DNA from: Planctomycetota bacterium
Lineage (GTDB): Bacteria; Planctomycetota; JAJSAM01; JAJVHW01
NCBI GenBank assembly: GCA_965248445.1
Contig: CBDFJG010000004.1
Span: 1,376,001-1,440,000 of the forward strand
Direction of reading: 5' to 3'
DNA: 64,000 nt
Shown here: piece by piece, positions 29,512 to 39,900 of the stretch
How the letters are laid out: each line of letters opens with the position of its first letter
Position numbering within the stretch: the stretch's first letter is position 1
Translations under genes and position numbers: made by a program
The notes under the pieces: generated by a model
The model's input: only the letters and a program-made list of their open reading frames with translations
Databases searched by the model: none
What the model was told of the DNA's origin: nothing

Positions 29512-31218
29512 TCAGGGCCGTGTGAACACCGCACCGGGCTCGACGGCCCAACGGCCGCGCTCGCCGCCGTTGCGGGGGACCAGCCGGAGAGCTCGGTCGG
29601 CGGGCAACCGTCGGATCTCCTCCTGGTCGAGCAGGAAGACAACTGCATGCAGTCCGCCGCTGCCGGTGATGGACCCGATCGCGCACTCGATGGAGAGGAT
29701 CGTGCGCTCTCCGTCGCGCACGTCGAAGTGTCGATCGACACGCTGCGTGAACCGCTTGTACTGGTCGCCGTTCTGGTCGTCGAACCACTCGGTCACATGC
29801 GCGGCGAGCACCCTCAGCCCTGCATCGCCGGGGTGCTCCCTCCACGCGAGCCGGCCGATGGTCAGCATGGCGTGGTCACGCTGGTCCCCGGACGCGGGCT
29901 CGTCGACCGTTGCGGGCGACTCGACCGGGAACGAGATCGTCGCGTGCTCGCCGACGCGGTCCGTGACGTCCATGAGCCGGTAGTGATTCGGGCCGCGGAA
30001 CTGCTCGCCGCGGATCTCCCCGGTGGCCAGCCGTGCCTTCGCTTCCGCGAACCCCGAGACGGCCAGGTCATCGAACTCGAGCGTCCGCAACAGCAACCCC
30101 ATGTAGTTCGCATCGACGAGCTTCGGACCGAGATCGCTGTAGTTCAGACGTCGCCAGCGACCTCCCACGAACGCGATGTTGAAGTTGTGTGAGGCGTCGG
30201 TTCGGCCTAGGCGCTCCATGGCCTCGAGGATCGCCGCACGAATCTGTGGGTGCCGCACACCCCGCGCCAGCATTTGCACCTGATCGTCGTTGGACGCGTC
30301 GGCCGGGGGGATTGCCCGCGTCTGCAGCGTCGGTACCCCGATGCACCGCAGGATGTTCGCGAGGTACACCGCGCTCGATGTGCACGACCCGTGGCGGCGC
30401 TGCGCGTACATCTCCTTCCCGAGTGCCTCGAGCGCGAGTTGCTCCGCGTCGGTCCGCGCGGGATCGTTGCGCAGCTTGCGCCGCTGGAACTCGGGCACGA
30501 GTTCGGGCAGCGGTGCCACCGCGCCGTCGACGACGCCCACCAGGGGGATACAGAAGCCCGCCGAGACGAACTCCGAGTCCCGCATCGCCCACGCCGTGAC
30601 GCGCTCGACCAAGTCGCGGTCGTTCAGCGCATCCGGTTCGATTCCGGCCTCGGCCAGGTCCGCGAGCAGCGTTGCGCGCATCTCCGCATCGAAGTTGCAC
30701 ATCATGTTCGCGGTGACGCGCGCCGGGTGGGCTGCGGCCATGCTCTCGCGCTCTCGTGCGCGCGGAATCTCGGTGTCGGGAGTGCCGAGCGGGTACACGA
30801 CGATCTCCAGCTCGACGTACTCGTTGCATCGATCCAGAACCCGCGCATCCTGCCAGTCGTCGCGGATGGCCTCCGCCGGCGGCAGCACGCGCGTCACGAA
30901 GCGGATCGTGTACGTGTGCTCGCGTCGTTCCACCCAGTCGCCATCGCCTACGCCGTCGCCGTCCGTGTCGGCGCTGGCCGGATCGGTGAGGTACTTGTGC
31001 CGTTCCTGATAGTCGCTCAGGCCGTCGCCGTCCGCGTCGGCATCCGCGCTCGGATCTGGGATCGCTTCAGGCGCTGGTTCTTCAGCGACGTCCTCGGGTT
31101 CCGGCGCCGTGAGTTCGGTGCGGACCGCGTCTTGTGCGGGTGCGGCGGGGCTGTCGGGGTCGTCACCACATGACGCCAGACCGAGCAGGAGGACGGCGAG
31201 CGAGACGACGCGCTGCAT
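29512..31218 (-). CDS. Lipoprotein with DxDxDG Ca-binding repeats and transglutaminase-like domain
   Basis: Lipobox LASC; DADGDGLSD, DTDGDGVGDGD; GSCTSSA...SHNFN...WRRLN. Confidence 0.65.
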   Translation of the reverse strand: MQRVVSLAVLLLGLASCGDDPDSPAAPAQDAVRTELTAPEPEDVAEEPAPEAIPDPSADADADGDGLSDYQERHKYLTDPASADTDGDGVGDGDWVERREHTYTIRFVTRVLPPAEAIRDDWQDARVLDRCNEYVELEIVVYPLGTPDTEIPRARERESMAAAHPARVTANMMCNFDAEMRATLLADLAEAGIEPDALNDRDLVERVTAWAMRDSEFVSAGFCIPLVGVVDGAVAPLPELVPEFQRRKLRNDPARTDAEQLALEALGKEMYAQRRHGSCTSSAVYLANILRCIGVPTLQTRAIPPADASNDDQVQMLARGVRHPQIRAAILEAMERLGRTDASHNFNIAFVGGRWRRLNYSDLGPKLVDANYMGLLLRTLEFDDLAVSGFAEAKARLATGEIRGEQFRGPNHYRLMDVTDRVGEHATISFPVESPATVDEPASGDQRDHAMLTIGRLAWREHPGDAGLRVLAAHVTEWFDDQNGDQYKRFTQRVDRHFDVRDGERTILSIECAIGSITGSGGLHAVVFLLDQEEIRRLPADRALRLVPRNGGERGRWAVEPGAVFTRP

Positions 31219-31239
31219 CGCCCGAGTCTACGGCCTCGG

Positions 31240-32091
31240 CTACTTCACGCCGCGGCGGCGCGTGCGGGGATCGAGCTCGTCCTTCAGGCCGTCGCCGAGC
31301 AGGTTGAAGCCGAGCACGGTCACGAAGATCGCCAGTCCCGCGATCGCGACCTGGAGGTTCGCGTCGGGGCGCTTGTCCCAGCCCTGCGTCAGGATCAAGC
31401 CCCACTCCGGCACGAGGAACGGGTCGCCGCCCAACCCGAGGAAGTTGAGACCGGCGACGTCCAGGATCGCGCTGCCCATGCCCAGCGTCCCGAGCACGAT
31501 GATCGGCGCCAGGCTGTTTGGTACGACGTGTCCGAAGAGGGTTCGCGTGGGGGACATCCCGAGCGACCGCGCTGCGACGATGTGCTCCGACGCCGACACG
31601 CGCAGCACTTCCGCGCGCACTTGCCGCGCGAACATCGGCGCACCCACGAGACCCACGGCGATGATGAGGTTCTCGAGTTCCTGTCCCAGCACGGCCACGA
31701 CTACCATCGCGAGCAGGAACCCGGGGAAGCTCATGGCCACGTCCACGAACCGCATGAGGATCATGTCGGTCGCACCTCCGACGTAACCGGCCACAGCGCC
31801 GATCAGACTCCCCAGCAGGAGTGACATCGTCATCGACGCGAGCGCGATCAGGAGCGTCGTGCGCGCGCCGTACACCATCCGGGTGTGAATGTCGTAGCCC
31901 TGGCTGTCCGTGCCGAGCACGTGTTCGAGGCTCGGATCGACGAACCGCTCGAAGGGGTCGTTCGGCGAGTACTCCAAGAGCACGGGGCCGAGCACCGCGG
32001 TGATGACTACCAGCGCGACGAGGATGGACCCGACCATCGCCGGCCGGTGGTGCCGCACGAACGTCCACGTCCAGCGCAGGACGCGGGTCAC
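31240..32091 (-). CDS. Peptide ABC transporter permease (DppC/OppC)
   Basis: HVLGTDSQGYD, MRFVD, AARSLG, FLGLG, FNLLGDGL; GTGA overlap with the upstream permease. Confidence 0.93.
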   Translation of the reverse strand: MTRVLRWTWTFVRHHRPAMVGSILVALVVITAVLGPVLLEYSPNDPFERFVDPSLEHVLGTDSQGYDIHTRMVYGARTTLLIALASMTMSLLLGSLIGAVAGYVGGATDMILMRFVDVAMSFPGFLLAMVVVAVLGQELENLIIAVGLVGAPMFARQVRAEVLRVSASEHIVAARSLGMSPTRTLFGHVVPNSLAPIIVLGTLGMGSAILDVAGLNFLGLGGDPFLVPEWGLILTQGWDKRPDANLQVAIAGLAIFVTVLGFNLLGDGLKDELDPRTRRRGVK

Positions 32092-33155
32092 GAACGGCTT
32101 CCGGTCGCCCGGACCCGCGGGTCCAGGTAGGCATAGCTGACGTCGACGAGCAGGTTCACGATCACGAAGCCGACGGCGATGATCAGCACGCACGCCTGGA
32201 GCGGCTTGATGTCGAGGTTCTTGATGGCATGGACGATGTAGGTGCCCATGCCGGGCCACTGGAAGATCGTCTCCGTGAGCACCGCACCGCCGAGCAGGTA
32301 ACCCAACTGCGTGCCGACCGAGGTGACGATCGGGATCGCGGCGTTGCGCAGCGCGTGCTTCGTCACGACCGTGCGCGCGCGCAGACCCTTCGCGCGGGCC
32401 GTCCGGATGTAGTCCTGGAGCAGCACCTCGCCGACCGATGCCCGCGTGATTCGCGCGATCACGGCCATCGGTACGCTCGACAGGATCACGGCGGGAAGGA
32501 GCAGGTGCTTCGCGACGTGCTTGAAGACCTGCATGTCGCCCGCGACGAACAGCGTGTCCCAGAGGAAGAACCCCGTGGCACCCGGTGTCTCATGAACCCA
32601 CTGCCCGAGACTGAACTCCGCCGGAGAGAACCTGCCGCCGAGGGGCAGCCCCTTCACGCCGAGCGACGTCGCCGCCGTCCCGCCCTCGCCGAACGTCTGC
32701 ACCGCCAGGAACGCGAGCCAGAAGATGGGGAGCGAGACACCGGCCAGCGCGGTGATGAGACCGGCGACGTCCCACCAGCTGCGCGGGCGCAGTGACGTGA
32801 GCACGCCGAGCGTGACGCCAAGTAGCGTCGCGAGGATCAGCGCGAGCACGCTCAGTTCGATCGTCGCGGGGAGGACACGCTTTAGTTCCTCCGAGACGAG
32901 GTCGTTCGTGACGTGCGAGCGGCCCAGCTCACCCCGTGAGACCTCGCCGACGTAGCGCACGAACTGCTCGGGCAACGGATCGTTCAACCCCAGTTGCTCT
33001 CGCAGTTCGTGCGCGCCTTCGGCGGTGTACTGCTTGCCGAGAACAGCGGCGGCAGGATCACCGGGCAGCAAGTGGTGCAGCGCGAACGTCGCCGCCACGA
33101 CGACTGCCAGGAGGAGCGCCGACAACCCGAGGCGGCGGAGGATGTAGGCGAGCAT
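32088..33155 (-). CDS. Peptide ABC transporter permease (DppB/OppB)
   Basis: YILRRL, LPGDPA, DYIRTARAKGL, HALRNA, ETIFQWPGMG, LDPR. Confidence 0.95.
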   Translation of the reverse strand: MLAYILRRLGLSALLLAVVVAATFALHHLLPGDPAAAVLGKQYTAEGAHELREQLGLNDPLPEQFVRYVGEVSRGELGRSHVTNDLVSEELKRVLPATIELSVLALILATLLGVTLGVLTSLRPRSWWDVAGLITALAGVSLPIFWLAFLAVQTFGEGGTAATSLGVKGLPLGGRFSPAEFSLGQWVHETPGATGFFLWDTLFVAGDMQVFKHVAKHLLLPAVILSSVPMAVIARITRASVGEVLLQDYIRTARAKGLRARTVVTKHALRNAAIPIVTSVGTQLGYLLGGAVLTETIFQWPGMGTYIVHAIKNLDIKPLQACVLIIAVGFVIVNLLVDVSYAYLDPRVRATGSRS

Positions 33156-33164
33156 GCGGGTGCG

Positions 33165-34808
33165 CTACTTCAGCGTCGCCTCGTCGAAGCGGTACTGCCC
33201 GAAGCCGTCGATGACGAACCCGGCGATGTTGTTCGAGACCGCTACCGCTTGCTTCGTGTTCACGAGCGGTACGTACCCACCGACCTCCGACTGCAGGAGC
33301 GCTTCGATCTCGCGGTAGGCGGCGACGCGCTGCGCGGCGTCGGTGAGTTGGCGCGCGGCTGCCAGCTTCTCGTGCACCACCGGATGCATGACGCGGCTGG
33401 TGTTCCCCGACGCCACCTTGCCGTCTGCGCCGTCGGTCAGCGGACCGTAGAAGTTGTCGGGGTCGCCGTTGTCGGTCATCCACCCGATGAGGATCAGCTC
33501 GTACTGGCCCGTCTCCACGCCCGGGAACAGCTTGTTCTTGTCCTCGCCCTGGATGCGCGCGTCGAGCCCTGCTTCGCGTAGCTGCTGCCGCACTGTGTCG
33601 GCGATGTCCTGCGGCCGCGGCAGGTAGGGACGCGCCTGGAGCGGGTAGTAGATCGTGACCTGATGCCCCTCGAGGCCGGCGTCCTGGATCATCTTCTTGG
33701 CGGCCGCCTGTCGCTTCGACGTGTCGTCGTCCCAGCCGTCGACGCGCAGGTCGGGGTCGTACTCGGCCATCGGCTGAGCCACGATGCTGTACGTCGGCCG
33801 CGCAGTGCCCTCGTAGTGCTCGATGATCCCGGCGCGGTCGATCGAGAGCTGGATCGCCTTGCGCACTACCGGGTTGCGCGTCGCGTCGTGGTCCGCGTTC
33901 ACGCCGAGATAGCAGAGGTTCAGCGCCCACCAGTCGATCAGGTCCATCGCATCGGATGCCTCGACCGTCGGCCAGTGCTGGCGGGGCACGTCGTCGACGA
34001 TGAAGTAGCCGCCTGACTTCGTGAGGTACTCGGTACGCGTGCTCTCGTCGGCGACCGGCTTGAAGATCACGGTCTTCACTGCGGGGGCGCCGCCCCAGTG
34101 TTCGTCGTACGCGACCAGTCGCGTGATCTTGGCTGCCGGGTCGAACGCATCGACGCGGTAGGGCCCCGTCCCCGCGGCGTTCTGCGTGACGTAGCTCGAT
34201 GCAGCATCCGCAGCCATGCCGCGCGTCGCCTCGAGGACGGTCGGGCTGACGATGCACGCGCAGAACATCGAGAGGTTGCGGATGGCGACGCGCGCGATGG
34301 GGGCCTCGAGCCGCATCACGAGGGTGTGCCCGTCGGCCTCGTAGGCGGAGACGCCGGCGAACTCACTCGAGTAGGGCGCCTGCTGCAGGTCGAAGCCCTC
34401 TTCGCGCAGCCGGTCGAGACTCAACTTGGCGGCAGCCGCGTCGAACGGCGTCCCGTCGTGGAACGTCACGCCCTTGCGGAGCTGGAACGTGATCGAGAGG
34501 CCGTCCGGTGCGACCGCCCACGACTCGGCGAGGACACCCTCCAGCACATTGACGTCGTTCGCGTCCGGGCGCACCAGCGTCTCGTAGATCTGCCGGATCA
34601 CCTTGGCGTTCCCGCCGTCCTGCGTCTCGTGGGGGTCGAGCACCTTCGCGTCGTCGGCCGTGATGACCGTGATCAGCTTGGAGGTGTCGACCCGGCCGAT
34701 CCCGCCGTTCCCGCTGCCCGACGGGTCGTCGCCGTTGCAGCCGGGCAGAGCGAGGCCGACGGCGATTGTCAGCGTCGTCGCGATGATCCAAGAGCACAGT
34801 CGGCGCAT
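33165..34808 (-). CDS. Peptide ABC transporter substrate-binding lipoprotein (family 5)
   Basis: Lipobox LPGC; LDP, IYETLV, LRKGVTFHDG, GTGPY, GWMTDNGDPDNF. Confidence 0.93.
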   Translation of the reverse strand: MRRLCSWIIATTLTIAVGLALPGCNGDDPSGSGNGGIGRVDTSKLITVITADDAKVLDPHETQDGGNAKVIRQIYETLVRPDANDVNVLEGVLAESWAVAPDGLSITFQLRKGVTFHDGTPFDAAAAKLSLDRLREEGFDLQQAPYSSEFAGVSAYEADGHTLVMRLEAPIARVAIRNLSMFCACIVSPTVLEATRGMAADAASSYVTQNAAGTGPYRVDAFDPAAKITRLVAYDEHWGGAPAVKTVIFKPVADESTRTEYLTKSGGYFIVDDVPRQHWPTVEASDAMDLIDWWALNLCYLGVNADHDATRNPVVRKAIQLSIDRAGIIEHYEGTARPTYSIVAQPMAEYDPDLRVDGWDDDTSKRQAAAKKMIQDAGLEGHQVTIYYPLQARPYLPRPQDIADTVRQQLREAGLDARIQGEDKNKLFPGVETGQYELILIGWMTDNGDPDNFYGPLTDGADGKVASGNTSRVMHPVVHEKLAAARQLTDAAQRVAAYREIEALLQSEVGGYVPLVNTKQAVAVSNNIAGFVIDGFGQYRFDEATLK

Positions 34809-34904
34809 GCTTTCCTCCTGCTGCCGCACGGCAGACGGGCGATCGTATCGGGGCGGCGTCCGGACTCCGCATGCGCGTCCGTGCCTCGGTGAGATCTCGC
34901 GGGC

Positions 34905-35414
34905 TCAGATCTCCTTGGGGCGCACGAGATCCACGAGGTTCGGACCGCCCTCCGAGAGGCCGCTCCACGGACCGGTGAACCGAAACCAGGCCAGCGCGGC
35001 AGTCACCATCAGCTTGCCGTTGGCGGCGCGGGGCGGGGCGAAGCCCGTCAGCCACGTCACGAGTTCGTCCATCCCGGGGTTGTGGCCCACGAGGAGAACG
35101 CGCTCGGCGGCGGCCGGGGCGTTGCGGAGCGAGCCGGTCAGAATCCCCAGACCTCCCAGGTAGAGGCCGTCGGAGGAGTCGACGCTGGGCCGGACGCCCA
35201 GGGTCTCGAGGACCCGCGCGGTGGTCTCCGTGGTGCGGACCGCGGCCGAGTGGAGGATGTGGTCCGGGAACAGGCTGCGCTCGCCCAGCCATTGCGCGAT
35301 GCGCTCGCAGTCGCGACGGCCGCGCTTGGACAACGGACGTGCGAAGTCCGAGTCGGCTCCGGCATCCCAATCCGACTTCGCGTGCCGCATGACGAGCAGC
35401 TCGCGCACGGCCAT
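34905..35414 (-). CDS. SixA-like histidine phosphatase
   Basis: MRHAKSDW, RPLSKRG, LVGHNPG. Confidence 0.9.
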   Translation of the reverse strand: MAVRELLVMRHAKSDWDAGADSDFARPLSKRGRRDCERIAQWLGERSLFPDHILHSAAVRTTETTARVLETLGVRPSVDSSDGLYLGGLGILTGSLRNAPAAAERVLLVGHNPGMDELVTWLTGFAPPRAANGKLMVTAALAWFRFTGPWSGLSEGGPNLVDLVRPKEI

Positions 35415-36766
35415 CAGTCGCCGCCCTTCAACTGGTTGAGCGTCTTGCGGTCGCGGCGCCGGAAGTGGAACACCACCGGGACCTCCCGAACGGGGTACCT
35501 ATCGCGGAACCGGTTCGTTAGGTAGCGGCGGTAGGCCGGATCGAACAGGTCGGGGTCGTTCACGAACAGTGCGAAGGTCGGCGGCTGCGTGCCGACCTGC
35601 GTGGAGTAGTAGATGCGCGGTCGTCGGGAGGATCGGATGCGGGGCGACCGGTACTCCAGCGCGTCGTTCAGGAAGCGGTTGAGCTCGCCGGTGCTCAGAG
35701 TGAAGTCCCCCTGCGCGTACAGCTCCTTGGAGACGTTCAGCATCTTCTGGACGTTCATTCGGTCCTTGGCGGAGATGAACGCCAGCGGTGCCCGCACGAG
35801 GTGGGGCAGCGTGCCGCGGAAGTAGTCGTCGAAGTCGCCCGTCGTCGTGTCCTCGACGAGATCCCACTTGTTCGCGACGAGGAGGCATGGCTTGCCCGCC
35901 TCGTCGATCGCGTCGGCCAGCCGTTTCTCGAGACCCGCGATCTTGCGTGTCACGTCGAGCAGCAGGATCACCACGTCGCAGTAGCGGATCGCGCGCATCG
36001 CCCGGTGCTCTCCGTACCACTGGATCGGGTCGCCGCCGTCGCCGCCGCGGCGGGCGAAGCCGGCGGTGTCGATCAGCACCCATGTCTCGCCGTCGCGCTC
36101 GATCCACACGTCGATCGCGTCCCGCGTGGTCCCCGGCTTCTCCGAGACGATCACGCGGTCGCCGCCGGCGAGTGCGTTCACGAGTGTGCTCTTCCCGGCG
36201 TTCCGTCGCCCCACGATCGCGACCTTCAGATGCGCCGTGGGCTGCTCCGTGTCGTCCTCTTCCTCCTCGGGCGGCAGCAGTTCGACCGCGGCGGAGAGCA
36301 CGTCCGAGACGTGCTCCCGGTTCTGCGCGGACAGTTCGATGGGGGCGCCGAAGCCCAGACGCCGGAACTCGTCGATCTCTGCGCGGATCCGGTCGGACTC
36401 CGACTTGTTCGCCGCGAACACGAGTGGCTTCTCGAGACGGCGCAGCCGCCGCGCGATGTCCTTGTCCAGCGGTGTGACGCCGGCCCGCGCATCGACCACG
36501 AAGATGAGGACGTCCGCCGCGTCGATCGCGAACTGGATCTGCCGCTCCACGTCCTCGTCCAGCTCCTGGAGGTCCACGATGCCGATCCCGCCGGTGTCGA
36601 TCAGCTCGAACGCGCGGTCGTCATGGGTCAGGAAGATCCCGACGCGGTCGCGCGTGACGCCCTCCAGGTCGTCCACGACCGAGACTCGCCGGCCCGCCGC
36701 TGCGTTCAGCAGCGTGCTCTTGCCCACGTTCGGGCGGCCGATGATGGCGATGGCCGGGAGCTGCAT
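35414..36766 (-). CDS. der: Ribosome biogenesis GTPase Der (EngA)
   Basis: Two G domains (GRPNVGKS, GRRNAGKS, DTAG, NKWD) and KH-like C-terminus. Confidence 0.97.
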   Translation of the reverse strand: MQLPAIAIIGRPNVGKSTLLNAAAGRRVSVVDDLEGVTRDRVGIFLTHDDRAFELIDTGGIGIVDLQELDEDVERQIQFAIDAADVLIFVVDARAGVTPLDKDIARRLRRLEKPLVFAANKSESDRIRAEIDEFRRLGFGAPIELSAQNREHVSDVLSAAVELLPPEEEEDDTEQPTAHLKVAIVGRRNAGKSTLVNALAGGDRVIVSEKPGTTRDAIDVWIERDGETWVLIDTAGFARRGGDGGDPIQWYGEHRAMRAIRYCDVVILLLDVTRKIAGLEKRLADAIDEAGKPCLLVANKWDLVEDTTTGDFDDYFRGTLPHLVRAPLAFISAKDRMNVQKMLNVSKELYAQGDFTLSTGELNRFLNDALEYRSPRIRSSRRPRIYYSTQVGTQPPTFALFVNDPDLFDPAYRRYLTNRFRDRYPVREVPVVFHFRRRDRKTLNQLKGGD

Positions 36767-36864
36767 CCCGGGAGGATACGCATGCGCAGGTGGGGCGCGA
36801 CCTCACCCGGGGGGAACGGACGAAAAGACCCTTCAGTGACCTTGTGGCGGCTAGGCTCTCGGCC

Positions 36865-37392
36865 ATGCGATGTCTCCACAGCCCCAGTTTCCAGAGCCCC
36901 AGTTTCCAGAGCCTCTGTGTCGCGGCCCTCGTCCTCGTTGCCGCGCCGGCCCTGACAGCCTGCGAGACGTCGAACCTGCCGTTCACCTCCAATCCCGACT
37001 CGGCGGAGCCGGCGCCTGAGCAGTACACGATCAGCCAACCGATCCGGACGGAGAGCTTCGAGATGCTCTGGGAACGGGCACGCTTGCGCCTCGGTGCGTC
37101 GGGCTACCGCATCGACGAGTCGCGCACGCGTCGCGACGAGCGCAGGATGGTCAGCGTCTGGAAGACCCTCCTGGCGCCGTCCCGCTACAAGGGGCGGCGG
37201 TTCCGTATGTGGGTGGAGTTCGACGAGGCCGGTGAACACACGTATCGCGCCGGCGTGGCGTCGCAGACGCAGCGGAACACCGAGCACTCCGACACGCTGA
37301 ACGAGTACGCCGCCGACTGGGAGGAAGACCCCGAAGCGGACGACACCCGCGCGCGCGTCCTGGCGTACCAACTCGAGCAGGACTTCAAGTAG
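36865..37392 (+). CDS. Hypothetical lipoprotein
   Basis: Lipobox-like LTAC; a 15-bp tandem repeat at 36880-36909 gives SPSFQ x2; start uncertain. Confidence 0.6.
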   Translation: MRCLHSPSFQSPSFQSLCVAALVLVAAPALTACETSNLPFTSNPDSAEPAPEQYTISQPIRTESFEMLWERARLRLGASGYRIDESRTRRDERRMVSVWKTLLAPSRYKGRRFRMWVEFDEAGEHTYRAGVASQTQRNTEHSDTLNEYAADWEEDPEADDTRARVLAYQLEQDFK

Positions 37393-37395
37393 CCG

Positions 37396-38454
37396 CTACT
37401 CCGCGTCCTTCTCGTCGTGCTCTTCGATCGCGGGGTCGTCGTTGCCGACTTCGACGTGCCCGTCCTCGATGTTGTTGTCCGTCTCCATCGTCTCGTCGAG
37501 CTCCGTGCCGTCGATCTCGTAGCCGTTGAACGTCACCATGACCGGGTCGACGGAGAATGGCGTGTTCATCGTGATCGACTTGAGCAGCGGCGCGCGGCCC
37601 TCGATCTCGTAGTACTCGTACGCGCCCATGATGTCGCCCATCAGCGTCAGCATGCTGAGCTGCGTGAGGATGTTGCGGTCGCCGACCTTCTCGTAGCCGT
37701 ACGTCGTCTCGATCTCCGCGCCCGCCATCATGGCTTGTGCGGGGTCGGTCGGATCGACCTTGGCGACGAACACGCGGCGCTCGATGAGACCGCCGTCGTC
37801 GAAGTAGAACGTCTGCTGCTCGACCATCGCGTCTTCGGCGAATGGTGTCATCTCGACGACGTCCAGGCCGTCTTCCGAGCGGTGTTCGCAGTGGTAGTCC
37901 AGCGCGTACGCGTTCGGCGACTCGAACACGGGCGAGAGGATCTCGGCAGCCCACCCGCCGAAGATCTTGGTCGCCATCTTGAGTTGCTCCGGCGGCATCA
38001 TCTCGGCGAGCGCCGCGGACGGCTTCCACTCCAGCTCGAGGCCGTTCTCGACGGACCACGTCGGCTGCACCTCGAGATCACCGGGGATGCCGAACGACGA
38101 GAGGTTCGCCGCCGCGGACGCCGACATCTTGTCCTTCACCGAGTGCTGGGGCAGGTGGAGCGCTTCGCCCAACCGCTTGAAGGCGTTCTCGGCGTCCTCC
38201 GATGTGCGCCGCACCGTCGGATCGGGCACTTCTTCGGGGACCTGCTCCGGCACCTCTTCCGGCGGCTCGGGCTTCTCCACGACCGGTGCGGGCGGCGGCG
38301 CCGGTGGCGGTGAGGGCGGCGCAACCGGATCCGGGACCTCCTCCGGGATCTCCGCGGGTGCCGGTGGCGGGGTGGTCGGCTTCTCTCCGTCGCACGCGGC
38401 GAGCGGGAGTGCGAGTGCCAGCGCGAACGGAACGGCCAGTCTGATCAGACGCAT
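37396..38454 (-). CDS. Acidic lipoprotein with Pro-rich linker
   Basis: Lipobox LAAC, PEEVP repeats, beta-rich C-terminal domain. Confidence 0.7.
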   Translation of the reverse strand: MRLIRLAVPFALALALPLAACDGEKPTTPPPAPAEIPEEVPDPVAPPSPPPAPPPAPVVEKPEPPEEVPEQVPEEVPDPTVRRTSEDAENAFKRLGEALHLPQHSVKDKMSASAAANLSSFGIPGDLEVQPTWSVENGLELEWKPSAALAEMMPPEQLKMATKIFGGWAAEILSPVFESPNAYALDYHCEHRSEDGLDVVEMTPFAEDAMVEQQTFYFDDGGLIERRVFVAKVDPTDPAQAMMAGAEIETTYGYEKVGDRNILTQLSMLTLMGDIMGAYEYYEIEGRAPLLKSITMNTPFSVDPVMVTFNGYEIDGTELDETMETDNNIEDGHVEVGNDDPAIEEHDEKDAE

Positions 38455-38544
38455 CGAGTCGTTTCTCCGATGGATGGGTGCCGCCAGATTGTAGGGGCCC
38501 GGGTGATCCGTCGAGGTTCGCCCGACCCTGCGTAGCCTCAGCGC

Positions 38545-39294
38545 ATGTCACAGGCGCCGCCGCCGCTGCTCTCGATCGTGACGGTCACGTGGAACGCGGC
38601 GCCGTACGTGAGGCGGTTCTACGACTCGATCGCCCGCCACACGAGCGAGCCCTACGAACTGATCGTGGTGGACAACGACTCCGGCGAGGAGACGCGCACG
38701 CTGAACGCGGAGCGGGCCGCGGCCGGCGAGGCGCGGCTCATCCAGAACACGGAGAACAGGCTCTGGGCACCCGCCTCGGTGCAGGGATTGCGGGAGATCG
38801 ATCCGCGGTCGCGATACGTGCTCCTCATCAATCCGGACTGCGAGATCCTCAGGGACGATTGGGTCACGCGGCTCGCGGCCGTGATTGCGGCCGATCCGCG
38901 GGTGGGCGTGACGGGAATCGCGCTCAACTGGAAGCGCATCGGCCCGGTGCTCGGCTGCGTGGACGGGTCGGTGTTCTTCATGCGCCGCGAGGCGTTCGAC
39001 GCGGTCGGTCTCCTGGATGCCGAGCGCTACCCATGGAACGGGGCGCCGTACGACTGGTGCGCGCGGGCGTGGGCCGCCGGCTGGACGTACCGGCGGTGCG
39101 CGAACGACCCGCCGTTCCTCGTGCACCATGGGCACAAGAGCGTCGACGTCTCGGGGCAGGAGCACCCCTGGCGCCGCGTCGACGTCGCGGACATGTACCG
39201 CCGTGCGGGTCTCGTCGCGACGCGTCCGCACCGCTTCACGATCTGGCTGCGAAGGAAGCTCGGCCGGCGATTCTTCTTCGATCCTCTTCCCTGA
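38545..39294 (+). CDS. Glycosyltransferase family 2
   Basis: [22 protein letters not shown]. Confidence 0.85.
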   Translation: MSQAPPPLLSIVTVTWNAAPYVRRFYDSIARHTSEPYELIVVDNDSGEETRTLNAERAAAGEARLIQNTENRLWAPASVQGLREIDPRSRYVLLINPDCEILRDDWVTRLAAVIAADPRVGVTGIALNWKRIGPVLGCVDGSVFFMRREAFDAVGLLDAERYPWNGAPYDWCARAWAAGWTYRRCANDPPFLVHHGHKSVDVSGQEHPWRRVDVADMYRRAGLVATRPHRFTIWLRRKLGRRFFFDPLP

Positions 39295-39314
39295 CCCGCC
39301 GTAGCGTCGCACGC

Positions 39315-39854
39315 ATGGATCGACCGGGATTTGTGCTGTGGTTCACGGGGTTGTCGGGCGCCGGCAAGAGCACCATCTGTGAGGCGGTGGCCGAGGAACT
39401 CGAGCGCCGCGGCCGAGGGTTCGAAGTTCTGGACGGCGATGTGGTCCGCACGCACCTGTCCAAGGGCCTCGGCTTCACGCGTGAAGACCGCGACATCAAC
39501 GTGCGGCGCATCGGCTGGGTGGCGCAGACGCTCGCCAGGCACGGTGCCGTCGTGGTCGTCGCCGCGATCTCGCCCTACCGCGCCATCCGCGACGAGGTCC
39601 GCCGCGGCACCGACCGATTCGTCGAGGTGTACGTGAAGGTCCCGCTGTCCGTGGCCGAGGAGCGCGATGTGAAGGGCCTGTATCGACGCGCTCGGGCCGG
39701 CGAGATCCCGAACTTCACGGGCATCGACGATCCGTACGAGCCGCCGGACGCTCCCGAGGTGATCTGCGAGACGAGTTCCGAGAGCGTCGCGGAGAGTGCT
39801 CAGCGGGTGCTCGCGGCCTGCGAGGCGCTGGGGTACCTGGCGCCCGGTGAGTGA
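39315..39854 (+). CDS. cysC: Adenylyl-sulfate kinase
   Basis: [38 protein letters not shown]. Confidence 0.96.
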   Translation: MDRPGFVLWFTGLSGAGKSTICEAVAEELERRGRGFEVLDGDVVRTHLSKGLGFTREDRDINVRRIGWVAQTLARHGAVVVVAAISPYRAIRDEVRRGTDRFVEVYVKVPLSVAEERDVKGLYRRARAGEIPNFTGIDDPYEPPDAPEVICETSSESVAESAQRVLAACEALGYLAPGE

Positions 39855-39900
39855 GCGCAGTGAGTGAGCGCGGCGAGGTGCGCGCCGTGAGGGGAGCGCG

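Noticed and set aside
31240..34808. Peptide ABC cluster lacking ATPase genes as a novel system
   Set aside because: Unlinked dppD/F-type ATPases are common.
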